Shown here: positions 1 to 12,200 of the stretch, one piece after another
Layout of the letters: each line of letters begins with the position of its first letter
Numbering within the stretch: position 1 is the first letter of the stretch
Assembly: GCA_030390025.1 (NCBI GenBank)
Contig: JASTWF010000323.1
Coordinates: 186,001-250,000, forward strand
Direction: 5' to 3'
Length of the DNA stretch: 64,000 bases
From: Squalus acanthias
Taxonomy: Eukaryota
Translations under genes and position numbers: made by a program
Notes under the pieces: model-generated
Told to the model about the DNA's origin: nothing
The model's input: the letters and a program-made list of their open reading frames with translations, nothing else
Databases searched by the model: none

Positions 1-296
1 ACCCAGAGATGGAGAGCCGCAGGAAATCAATCATTTTACTGCTTGTTATCTCCGGCAATTTCATGCTGTTATGGGCAGTGTTTATGGTGTATTCTATATG
101 GAGCCGGATGTGGTTTTTGGGGTATTATTCTGTAATTCTACATGAGTATGTTCTGGACCTGGGATTCATGTTGCAGCTGCTAAGTTGCTGCACAAACACT
201 GGGATTTACGCCGTGACTCAGGCTAAGTTCAGAGAGCAGTTGAAAAATCTGGGGAAATATCCCTTTACTCTGATTGTAAAATTCATTAAAGGATGA
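1..296 (+). CDS. 3' part (ICL3-TM6-TM7-helix 8) of a class A GPCR, GPR139/GPR142-like; the 5' part lies outside the window
   Basis: Reads (D)PEMESRRKSIILLLVISGNFMLLW...LGFMLQLLSCCTNTGIYAVTQAKFREQL, with two hydrophobic helices, an NPxxY-equivalent (NTGIY) and a helix-8 FR motif; stop at 294-296. It resembles the expanded elasmobranch GPR139-like receptors (recognised from memory, not searched). Confidence 0.85.
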   Translation, partial: PEMESRRKSIILLLVISGNFMLLWAVFMVYSIWSRMWFLGYYSVILHEYVLDLGFMLQLLSCCTNTGIYAVTQAKFREQLKNLGKYPFTLIVKFIKG

Positions 297-349
297 GAAT
301 AATAGGAGACTTTGCAGCCTGAGAGTTTAGAGCTCCCTGGGACTGATAT

Positions 350-3300
350 TATGGCGCACCGCACAAAGTGGCGGCTATGGAGGACCCGAAGAAAATGGCG
401 GCTCTGTGGGCCGGGCACAAAGATGGCGGCTCAGGTTCACGTAAAAAGATGGCACTTCTGGTGAGCAGTACAAAGGTGTCAGCTCTGGGGCCCAGTACAA
501 AGAAGGCGGCGCCCGCTCTCCGCACAAAGATGGCGGCGCTGGGGCCCCGCACAAAGAAGGCAGCTCAGTTGCCCCGCACAATTATGGAAGGTCTGGGAGA
601 TTCGCACAAAGATGGCGACTCCGGGGCTCCGCACAAATATGGCGGCACCCGCGAGCGGCAAAAAGATGACGGCTCTGGGCTCCAGCACAAAATGGCGCCA
701 ACCGGGCAAAGCATAAAAATGGCGGCACCCTCGCCCAGCACAAAGATGGCGGCTGTGTGGTCCCGCGCAATGATGGCGGCTCTGGGGACCTGCTTAAATA
801 TTGTGGCTCTGCGGCCCAGCACAATGACGGCGGCACTGGGGCCCAGCACAAAGCTGGCGTCTTCGGGGGCACGGGACAAAAATAGCATCTCTGGGCTCCT
901 GCCTAATACAAAGATGGAGGCACTGGGCCCCACACATAGATGGCGGCTCTGGGGGCGCGGAATTTAAATAGCGGCTATTCTGCCAAGGACAATGATGGCG
1001 GCTCAGGGGCACAGCACAAAGATGGCGGCTCTGGGGCACAGCACAATGATGGCGGCTCTGGTGCCGCGCACAAAGATGGCGGGACTTGGGCCCAGCACAA
1101 ATTTGGCGGCTGACCGGAAAAAGATGGCTGCTGCGGAGACCCGCTAAAAATGGCAGCTCTGGTGCCTTGCAGAAAGACGGTCGATCTGTGGGCCACGTGC
1201 AAAAATGTCGGATCCGGTGCCCCGCACAAAGATGGGGGTACTGGGGTGCAGTACAAAGATGGGGGTACTGGGGTCAAGCACGAAAATGGGGGCACCCGCG
1301 ACCCGCACAAAAATGGCGTCTCTGGCCACCCCGCCCAGCTCAAATTTGGCGGCTGTGGGGCCCTGCACAAACATGGCAGCACCTCCGACCCACACAAAGA
1401 TGGCGGGACTTTGTCCCAGCAAAAAGATGGCGGCTGACCGCACAAAGATGGCGGCAGCGGGGCCCCGAAACAAAATTGCAGCTCCGGTGCCCCACACAAA
1501 GATGGGGGCTCTGGGGCTGCGTACAATAATGGCGGCTGTGAGGACCCGCACAAAAATATCTGCTCTGGCGCCCAGCACAATAATGGCGGTTCTGGGGCCC
1601 AGCACAAAGCTGTCGGCTCTGGGGCCCCGCACGAAGAAGGCGTCTCTGCGGACTCCTCACAAAAATGGCGCCACCCGCGCCCCGAAAAGCTGGCGGCTCT
1701 GGGTCCCCGGACAGAGATGGCGGCTGTGGGGGCCCGCAGAAACATGGCGGCCCTGGGGCCCAGCACAATGATGGCGGCTTTCGCACCCCGCACATAGATG
1801 GCGGCGCCGAGGCCGCGGAAAAAATGGCGGCTCTGGGACCTAGCACAAAGATGGTGGCTCTGGGCATCGCACAAAGGTGGCGGCTCTGGGGGCCCCGCAA
1901 AAAGATGGCTGCTCTGGCGTCCTGCACAATGTTCCCGGCTCTTGGGGCCCTGCACAAAGTTGGCGGTTCTGCGGGCCGCGCACAATGAGGGCGGCTCTGG
2001 GGGCCCCGCACAATGAAGGCGGCTTTGGCACCCCGCACATCGATGACGGCGCCGAGGCCTCGGACAAAGATGGCGGCTCTGGGCTCTGCGCAAAGCTGGC
2101 GGCTCTGGGGGCCCGCACAATGTTAGCGGCTCTAGGGCCCCGCACAAAGATGGCGGTTTTGGGGCCCCGCACAAAAATGTGGCGCCGGGGCCTTGCTTAA
2201 ACTTGGCGGCACTGGGGCCACCACAATGATGGCAGCTCTGGGTCGCAGCACAAAGATGGCTGCATCAAGGGCACGGGACAAAAATGGCATCTCTGGGCCC
2301 CTGCCCAGCACAAAGATGGCGGCACTTTGGCCCCGCACATTGATGGCGGCTCGCGAGCCCCGCACAGAATGGCGGCACGGGGGGCCCGGTACAAAAATGT
2401 TGGCTCTGTTGCTCAGCACAATGATGGCTGCTGTGTCGCCCCACACAATGATGGCGTCTGTGAAGCCCCACACAAAGATAGCGGCTCTGGGGACCCGCAC
2501 AAAGATGGCGGCTCCGGGGCCCCACGCAATAATGGTTTTTCTGGTAGCCCACACAAAAATGGCGGGACTCGCGCCCCGCACAATGATGGCGGCTCTGGTG
2601 GCTCCGCATAAAAATGGCGGCTCTGGGGCACCGCACAAATTTGGCGGCTCCATGGCAAAGCACAAAGATGGCGTCTCTGGGGACCCACACAAAATGCCGG
2701 CAGCCGCACTCCGCACAAAGATGGAGGCACAGGCGCCCGGCGCTAATATGGTGGCACTGGGGCCTTGCACAAAGATCGCGGAACTCTCACTCCGGACAAA
2801 GATCGGTTCTGGGACCCCGCACAAAGATGGTTGCTCTGTGACCCCGCACAATGGTGGCGGCTCTGGGGTCCCGCAGAAAGGCTACGGCTCCCGCGTCCAT
2901 AACAAAAATGACGGCTCTGGGGCGCAGGCACAAAGATGGCGGTTCTGGTGCCCAGCACAAAGATATCGGCAGCCACGATCAACACAAAGATGGCGACACC
3001 TGCGCCCAGTACAAATATGGCGGCTCTGGAGCACAACCGAAATCTGGCGGCACGTAGCCACGCGCAAATTTGGCGGCACAATCGCATAGTGCCAAGATGG
3101 TGGCTCGGTTCCTATCACAATGATGGCGGCATCAGCGCCAAGCGTAAATATGCCGACTCTGTGGCTCCGCACAAACCTGGCGGCAGCCACGCTCCGCACA
3201 AAGATGGCGGCTCTGGGGCCCCGCACAAAGATGGCAGCTCTGGGGACCGGCAAATATATGGTGCCTCTGGAGTTCCCGAATAAAGATGGCAGACCTGCAA

Positions 3301-6300
3301 TCCCAGCACAATGATGGCGGCTTTGGGGCCTAGCACAATGATGGCGACTTCGCGGGCACGGGTCAAAAATGGCATCTCTGGGCCCCCGCCCAGCGCAAAC
3401 ATTGCGGCACATTGGCTCCACACAAAGATGTCGGCGCTGGCGTCCCGCACAATGATGGCGAATCTGGGGTCACCGCACAAAGATATCGGCTGTGGTGCAT
3501 CGCTCAAAGATGGCGGCACCCGCTTCCGCACAAAATGGCGGCTCTGGGGCTCCGCACAATGGTGGCGGTTGTGGGGTCCCGCAGAAAGGCTACGGCTCCC
3601 GCGCCCATAACAAAAATGACGCTCTGGGGCGTAGCCACAAAGATGGCGGCTCTGGTGCCCAGCACAAATATATCTGCAGCCGCGCCCCCCACAAACATGG
3701 CGACACCTGCGCCCAGTACAAAGATGGCGGCTCTGGAGCCCAACCGAAATCTGGCGGCACCCAGCCCCGCGCAAATTTGGCGCCACCATCGCCCAGCACA
3801 AAGATGGCGGGTCGGGTTCCAGCACAATGAAGGCGGCATGAGCGCCACGCGAAATATGGCGACTCTGAGGCCCCGCACAAATCTAGCGGCAGCCACGCTC
3901 CGCACAAAGTTGGCGGCTCCGGGGCCCCGCACAATGATGGCGGCTCTGCGTACCGTCAACTATATGGTGGGTCTGGGGGTCCCGCATACAGATGGCAGAC
4001 CTGCAATCCCAGCTCAATGATGGCGGCTTTGGGGCCTAGCACAATGATTGTGTCTTCGCGGGCACGGGACAAAAATGGCATCTCTGGGCCCCCGCCCAGC
4101 GCAAACATTGCGGCACTTTGACCCCACACAAAGATGTTGGCGCTGCCGTCCCGTACAATGATGGCGAATCTGGGGGTACGGCACAAAGATTGCGGTTCTG
4201 GGGCCCAGCACAAAGATGGCGGCTGTGGTGCATCGCACAAAGATGGCGGCACCCGCGACGCACACAAAATGGCGGCTCTGGGGCTTCGGAAAAAGAAGGC
4301 GGCTCTGGGGCCCCGCACAAAGATGGCGGTTTTGGCGCCCCACACAAAAATGGCGGCGCCGGGGCTCCGCACAATGATGGCGGTTGTGGGGCACCACAAT
4401 ATGGCGGCACTGTGGCCCAGCAAAATGACGGCGGCTTTGGCGCCCAGCACAAAGATGGTGCGCCGGGGCCCCGCACAAAAATGGCGGTACTGGGGCCACC
4501 ACAGTGATGGCAGCTCTGGGTCGCAGCACAAAGATGGCTGCTTCGGAGGCACCGGACAAAAATGGCATCTCTGGGCCCCTGCCCAGCACAAAGATGGCGG
4601 CTTCGGTGCCCCACACAAAATGGCGGCACTGTGGGATCGGCACAAAAATGGTGGCTCGTTTGCCCAGCACAATTTTGGCTTCTGTGTCGCCCCGAACAAT
4701 GATGGCGTCTGTGGAGCCCCACACAAAGATAGCGGCACCTTCACTCCGCACAAAGATCGTTTCGGGGACCCCGCACAAAGATGGATGGCTCTGTGACCCC
4801 ACACAAAGGTGGCGGCTCTGGGGCCCCTTAGAAAGATGACGGCTCCGGCGCCCATTACAAAAATGACGGCTCTGGGCCCTCGGCACAAAAATGACGGCTC
4901 CGGTGCCCAGCACAAAGATATCGGTAGCCGTGCCATCCGCAAAGATGGCGGCACCCTCGCCTAGCACAAAGTTGTCGGATCGGGTACCTGCACAATGATG
5001 GCGGCATCAGCGACACGCACAAAGATTGCGACTCTGAGGCGCCGCACAAATATGTCGGGAGCCGCACCCCGCACCAATATGGCGGCTCAGGGGCCCCGCA
5101 CAAAAATGGCGTATCTGGGGACCGTCAAATATATGCTCGCTCTGGGGGTCCCGCACAAAGATGGTGGAAATGCGTGCCTAGCACAAAGATGCCCGCTCTG
5201 GGGCCTAGAACAATGACGGCGGCTTCGCGGGCACGGGAGAAAAATGGCATCTCTGTGCCCCCGCCCAGCGCAAAGATTACGGCACTTTGGCCCTGGCCCC
5301 ACACAAAGATGTCGCCGCTGGCGTCCCGCACAATGATGGCGAATCAGGAGACACGGCACAAAGATTGCGATTCTGGGATCCCCGCACAAAATGGCGGCTC
5401 TGGTGATCAGCAGAAAGATGGCGGCTCTGGGCCCCGCACAAAGATGGCGGCTCTGTGAGCTCGGCAAAAAGATGGCGGCTCTGGGGCGCAGCATAATGAT
5501 GGCAGCTGTGTCGCCACGCACAAACATGGCGGCTCTGGGGCCCCGCACAAAGATGGCGGGTTTAGCGTCACGCACAAAGATGGCGGCGCCGGGGACCCGC
5601 ACAATGATGGAGGTTCTGGGGCACGACAAAAATTGGCGGCTCTTGGGCCCAGCAAAATGATAGCAGGTTTGGCGCACAGCACAAAGATGGCGTCGCCGGG
5701 GCCCCGCACAAACATGGCGGCACCGGGGCCACAACAATAATGGCAGCTCTGGGTCGCAGCACAAAGATGGCTGCTTCGGAGGCAGGGGACAAAAATTACA
5801 TCTCTTGGCCCATACCCAGCACAAAGATGGCGGCACTTTGGCTCCGCAAAAAGATGGTGGTTCCGGTGCACCGAACAAAATGCCGGCACTGGGGGCCCGG
5901 CTCAAAAATGGCGGCTCTGGGGCCCCGCACAAAGATGGCGGCTCTGGGGACCGCCAATTATATGGTCGCTCTGGGGGATCCGCCCAAAGATGGTGGACCA
6001 TCGAACCTAGCACAAAGATGGCGGCTTTGGGGCCTAGCACAATGATGGCGGTTTCGCGGGCATGGGACAAAAATGGCATCTATGTGACCCGCAAAGCGCA
6101 AACATTGCGGCACTTTGGCCCCACACAAAGATGTCGGCACTGGAGTCCTGCACAATGATGGCGAACCTGGGGACAAGGCACAAAGATTGCGGTTCTAGGG
6201 CTCCGCAGAAAATTATGGCTCTGGGGTCCGCAAAACGATGGTGGCTCTGAGCCCCGCACAAAGATGGCGGCTCTGTGAGCTCAGCAGAAAGATGGCGGCT

Positions 6301-9240
6301 CTGGCCCGGCACAAAGCTGGCGGTTTTGGTGCACCGCACAAAGATGGCGGCGCCCGGGACCGGCACAATGATGGAGATTCTGGGGCACCACAAAAATTGG
6401 CGGCTCTGGGGCACAGCAAAATGATGGCGGGTTTGGCGCACAGCACAAAGATGGAGGCGCCGGAGCCCCGCACAAACATGTCGGCACTGGGGCCAGCACA
6501 AAACTGGCTGCTTCGGAGGCACGGGACAAAAATTGCGTTCTTGGCCCCTACCCAGCACAAAGATGGCGGCACTTTGGCCCCGCACAAAGATGGCGGTTCC
6601 GGTGCCCGGCACAAAATGGCGGAACTGGGGACCCGGCACAAAAATGGTGGATCTGGGGCGCAGAACAATGATGGCTGCTGTACCGCCCCGCAGAATAATG
6701 GCGTCTGTGGCGCCCCACACAAAAATAGCGGCTCTGGGAACCCGCAGAGAGATGGCGGCTACGGGGCCCCAATAAAAAGACTTTTCTGGATACCAACACA
6801 AAAATGGCGGCATCCGCGCCCCGCCAAAGATGACGGCTCTGGGGGCTCCGCATAAAAATGACGGCTCCGTGGCTCCGCACAGAGATGGCGGCGCCGGGGA
6901 CCCGCACAATGATGGAGGTTCTGGGGCACCACAAAAATTGGCGGCTCTGGGGCCCAGCAAAATGATGGCGGGTTTGGCGCAAAGCACAAAGATGGCGGCG
7001 CCGGGGCCCCACACAAGCATGGCAGCTCCGGGGCCACCACAATAAAGGCAGCTCTGGGTCGCACCACAAAGATGGCTGCTTCGGAGGCACGGGACAAAAA
7101 TTGCATCTCTTGGCCCTTACCCAGCACACAGATGGCGGCACTTTGGCCCCGGACAAAGATGGCGGTTCCGGTGCACCGAACAAAATGGCGGCACTGGGGG
7201 CCTGGCACAAAAATGGCGGCTCTGGGGCCCGCACAAAGATGGCGGCTCTGGGGTCCGCCAAATATATGGTCGCTCTGGGGGTCCTGCCCAAAGATGGTGG
7301 ACCTTCGAGCCTAGCACAAAGATGGCAGCTTCGTGGGCACGGGACAAAAATGTCATCTATGCGCCCCCGCCAAGAGCAAAGATTGCGGCACAAAGATGTC
7401 GGCGCTGGCGTCCCGCACAATGATGGCGAATCTGGGGACAAGGCACAAAGATTGCGGTTCTAGGGCCCCGCACAAAATTATGGCTCTGGTGCCCGCAATA
7501 CGATGGCGGCTCTGAGACGCGCACAAAGATGGCGGCTCTGTGAGCTCGGCAGAAAGATGGCGGCTTTGGAGCGCAGCTTAATGATGGCGGCTGTGGCGAC
7601 ACGCACAAAGATGGCGGCTCTTGGGCACCGCACAAAGATGGCGGTTTTGGTGCCCCGCACAAAGATGGCGGCGCCCGGGACCGGCACAATGATGGAGGTT
7701 CTGGGGCACCACAAAAATTGGCGGCTCTGGGGCACAGCAAAATAATGGCGGGTTTGGCGCACAGCCCCAATAAAAAAGACTTTTCTGGGTACCAACACAA
7801 AAATGGCGGCACCCGCGCCCCGCCAAAGATGACGGATCTGGGGGCTCCGCATAAAACTGACGGCTCCGTGGCTCCGCACAAAGATGACGGCTCCGGTGCC
7901 CCACACAAAGATGGCGTCTCTGGGGACCAGCAAAAAATGGCGGCAGCCGCGCTCCGCACAAATTTGGAGGCACAGACGCCCCGCGCTAATATGGCGGCAC
8001 TGGGGCCATGCACAAAGATGGCGGCACTTTGGCCCCGCACAAAAATGGCAGCTCCGGTGCACCACACAAAATGGCGGCATTGGAAGCCCGGCACAAACAT
8101 AGTGGCTCTGTTGCCCAGCACGATGATGGCGAATCTGGGGGCATGGCAAAAAGATTGCGGTTCTGGGGCCCAGCATAAATATGGCGTCTGTGGCGCCTCT
8201 CTCAAAGATGCCGGCACCCGCTCTCCGCACAAAATGTCGGCTCTGGGGCGCCGCAAAAAGATCGCGGCTCTGGGGCCCCGGACAAAGATGACGGCGCATG
8301 GGCCGCGCACAAAAATGGCTGCTCTGGCGTCCCGCACAAAGTTGACGGTTCTGGGACCCCGCACAAAGATGGTGGCTCTGTGACGCCGCACAATGGTGGC
8401 GGCTCTGGTGTCCCGCAGAAAGACTACGGCTCCCGCGCCCATAACAAAAATGACGGCTCTGGGGACCAGGCACAAAGATGGCGGCTCTGGTGCCCAGCAC
8501 AAAGATATCGGGAGCCGCGCCCCGCACACAGATGGCGACACCTGCGCACAGTGCAAAGATGGCGGCTCTGGAGCCCAACCGAAATCTGGCGGCACCCAGC
8601 CCCGCGCAAATTTGGTACCATAATCGCCCAGCACAAAGATTACGACTCGGGTCCCAGCACAATGTAGGCGGCATCAGCGCCACGCGCAAATATGGCGACT
8701 CTGAGGCGCGCACAAATCTGGCGGCAGCCACGCTCCGCACAAAGATGGCAGCTCTGGTGACCGGCAAATATATGTTGGGACTTGGGGTCCCGCATAAAGA
8801 TGGCAGAACAGCAATCCCAGCACAATGATGGCGGCTTTGGGGCCGAGCTCAATGTTGGCGGCTTCGCGGGCACGGGACAAAAATGGCATCTCTGTGACCC
8901 CGCCCAGCGCAAAGATTCCGGCACTTTGGTGACACACAAAGATGTCGGCGTTGGAGTCCCGCACAATGATGGCGAATCTGGGGGCACGACACAAAATTGG
9001 CGGGTCTGGGGGCTCCGCACAAACATGGTGGCCATGGGGCCAAGCAAAATGTTGGCAGCTTTAGCGCCCCGCACATAGATGGTGGCGCAGAGGCCTCGGA
9101 CAAAATAGCGGCTCTGGGTTCCCGCACAAACATGGCGGCTCTGGGCCCCGCACAAACATGGCGGCTCTGTGTTCTCGGCACAAAGATGTCTGCTCTGGAG
9201 CCCGCACAATGATGCAGGTTATGGTGCACCACAAAAAAAT
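350..9240. repeat. GC/CpG-rich ~30-bp minisatellite array (consensus ~CACAAAGATGGCGGCTCTGGGGCCCCG) with higher-order block duplications; units carry a YY1-type motif
   Basis: The cacaaagatggcggc core recurs continuously about every 30 bp. Diagnostic variant blocks recur, e.g. gctacggctcccgcg..ataacaaaaatgac at ~2881, ~3589 and ~8423. Confidence 0.95.
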
Positions 9241-9264
9241 GTGGTACTCACTCTATTTCTTTTA

Positions 9265-12200
9265 AAAATTCCCCATTTACTGGCTCCTCCCCCATCCCCC
9301 ATTTACCCGTGCCCTTCCCAAACCTTCATTTACTGGTGCCTTACCCAATCCCCCATTAAATGGAGCCTTCCTGAATTCCCCATTTACTGGTGCCTTCCCA
9401 AACAGCCCATTTACTGGTGCCCTTCCCGAATCCACCATTTACTGGTGCCCTTCCCGAATCCCCCATTAACTGGTGCGCTCCCCAATCCCCCATTTGATGG
9501 TGCCTTCCACAATTCCCAATTTACAGGTGCCCTCCTCCCCACTACCCCATTTACAGGTGACTTCCGGATACCCCCATTCACTGGTGGGTCCCCAATCCCC
9601 AAATTGATTTTACCCTCCTCCCGCAATCCCCGAATTACTGGAGCCTTCCCCAATCCCCCATTTATTGGTGCTCTACTCCCACAATCTACCATTTACTGGA
9701 ACCTTCCCCAATCCCCCATTTACTGGTGCCCTCCTCCCCGAATCTACCATTTACTAGTGCCCTGCCCAATCCCCCATTTAATGGTGCACTCCACTATCCC
9801 CAATTTACAGGTGCCCTCCTCCCCAAATACCCATTTAAAGTTGACTTCCGCATGCCCCCATTTTCTCGTGCCTTCCCCAATCCCCATTTACTTTTGCCTT
9901 TAACTATCCCCATTTACTGGTGCCTTCCCCAATCCCCCATTTACTGGTGCCTTCCCCAAACCCCATTTATTGGTGCCCTACCCTAATCCCCCACTTACTG
10001 GTGCCCTTCCCCAATCCCCCATTTACTGGTGCCCTCCTCCCCCAATCTACCATTTACTGGTGCCCTGCCCAATCCCCCATTTAATGGTGCACTCCACTAT
10101 CCCCAATTTACAGGTGCCCTCCTCCCCAAATACCCATTTAAAGTTGACTTCCGCATGCCCCCATTTTCTCGTGCCTTCCCCAATCCCCATTTACTTTTGC
10201 CTTTCCCTATCCCCATTTACTGGTGTCTTCCCCAATCCCCCATTTACTGGTGCCTTCCCCAAACCCCATTTATTGGTGCCCTTCCCTATTCCCCCACTTA
10301 CTGGTGCCCTTCCCCAATTTCCCATTTACTGGTGTCTTCCCCAAAACCCATTTATTGGTGCCCTTCCACAATCCCCCATTTATTGGTGCCTTCCCAAACT
10401 TCCCATTTACAGGTGCCTTTTCCCAATCCTCCATATACTGGAGCCTTCCCCAATCCTCCATTTACTGGCTCCTCCTCCAATCCCCCATTTACTGGTGCCT
10501 TCCCAAATTCTCAATTGACTGGCTCCTCCCCCAATCTCCCATTTACTAGTGCCTTCACCAATCCATAATTTACCGGTGCCCTCCCAATCCCACATTTAAT
10601 GGTGCCTCACCCAATCCCACATTTACTGGTGGAAATCCACAATCCCCCATTTATTGGTGCCTTTCCAAATCCGTCATTTATTGGTGCCTTCCCCAACCCC
10701 CCATTTACTGGTGCATTCCCAAATCCCCCATTTACTGGTGCATTCCCAATCCCCCATTTACTGGTGCCTTCACCAATCACCCACTTACTGGTGCCCTTCC
10801 CCAATCCCGCATTTACTGGTGCCCTTCCCCAATCCCCCATTTACTGGTGCCCTTCCCCAATCTCCCATTTACTGGTGTCTTCCCCAATCCCCCATTTACT
10901 GGTGCCCTTCCCCAATCCCCCAGTTACTGGTGTCTTCCCCAATCCCTCATTCACTGGTGCCTTCCTCAATCCCCCATTTACTGGTACCTTCCCCAATCCC
11001 CCATTTACTGGTGCCTTCCTCAATCCCCCATTTACTGGTGCCTTCCCCAATTCCCCATTTACTGGTGCCTTCCCCAATCCCACATTTACTGGTGCCTTCC
11101 TCAATCCTCCATTTACTGGTGTCTTCCCCAATCCCCCATTTACTGGTGCCTTCCCCAATCCCCCATTTACTGGTGTCTTCCCCAATCCCCCATTGAAGGG
11201 TGCCTTCCCCAATCCCCCATTTACTGGTGTCTTCCCCTATCCACCATTTACTGGTGTCTTCCCCAATCCCCCATTTACTGCTGCCTTCCCCAATCCCCCA
11301 TTTACTGGTGCCTTCCCCAATCCCCCATTTACTGGTGTCTTCCCCAATCCCCCATTTACTGGTGTCTTCCCCAATCTCCCATTTACTGGTGTCTCCCCCA
11401 ATCCCCCATTTACTGGTGTCTCCCCAATCCCCCATTTACTGGTGTCTTCCCCAATCCCCCATTTACTGGTGCCTTCCCCAATCCCCCATTTACTGGTGTC
11501 TCCCCAATCCCCCATTTACTGGTGCCCTTCCCCAATCCCCCATTTACTGGTGTCTTCCCCAATCCCCCATTTACTGGTGTCTTCCCCAATCCCCCATTTA
11601 CTGGTGTCTTCCTCAATCCCCCATTTACTGGTGTCTTCCCCAATCCCCCATTTACTGGTGTCTCCCCAATCCCCATTTACTGGTGTCTTCCCCAATCCCC
11701 CATTTACTGGTGTCTTCCCCAATCCCCCATTTACTGGTGTCTTCCCCAATCTCCCATTTACTGGTGTCTTCCCCAATCCCCCATTTACTGGTGCCCTTCT
11801 CCAATCCCCATTTACTGGTGTCTTCCCCAATCCCCCATTTACTGGTGCCCTTCTCCAATCCCCTATTTACTGGTGCCCTTCCCCAATCCCCCATTTACTG
11901 GTGTCTCCCCAATCCCCATTTACTGGTGTCTTCCCCAATCCCCCATTTACTGGTGTCTTCCCCAATCCCCCATTTACTGGTGTCTTCCCCAATCCCCCAT
12001 TTACTGGTGTCTTCCCCAATCCCCCATTTACTGGTGTCTTCCCCAATCTCCCATTTACTGGTGCCCTTCCCCAATCCCCCATTTACTGGTGTCTTCCCCA
12101 ATCCCCCATTTACTGGTGTCTCCCCCAATCCCCCATTTACTGGTGTCATCCCCAATCCCCCATTTACTGGTGTCTTCCCCAATCCACCATTTACTGGTGT

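Noticed and set aside
349..9232. Dozens of overlapping TKMAALG / HKDGGSG / PEPPSLC ORFs
   Set aside because: These are six-frame translations of the 30-bp satellite, with frequent frameshifts and no preferred frame.
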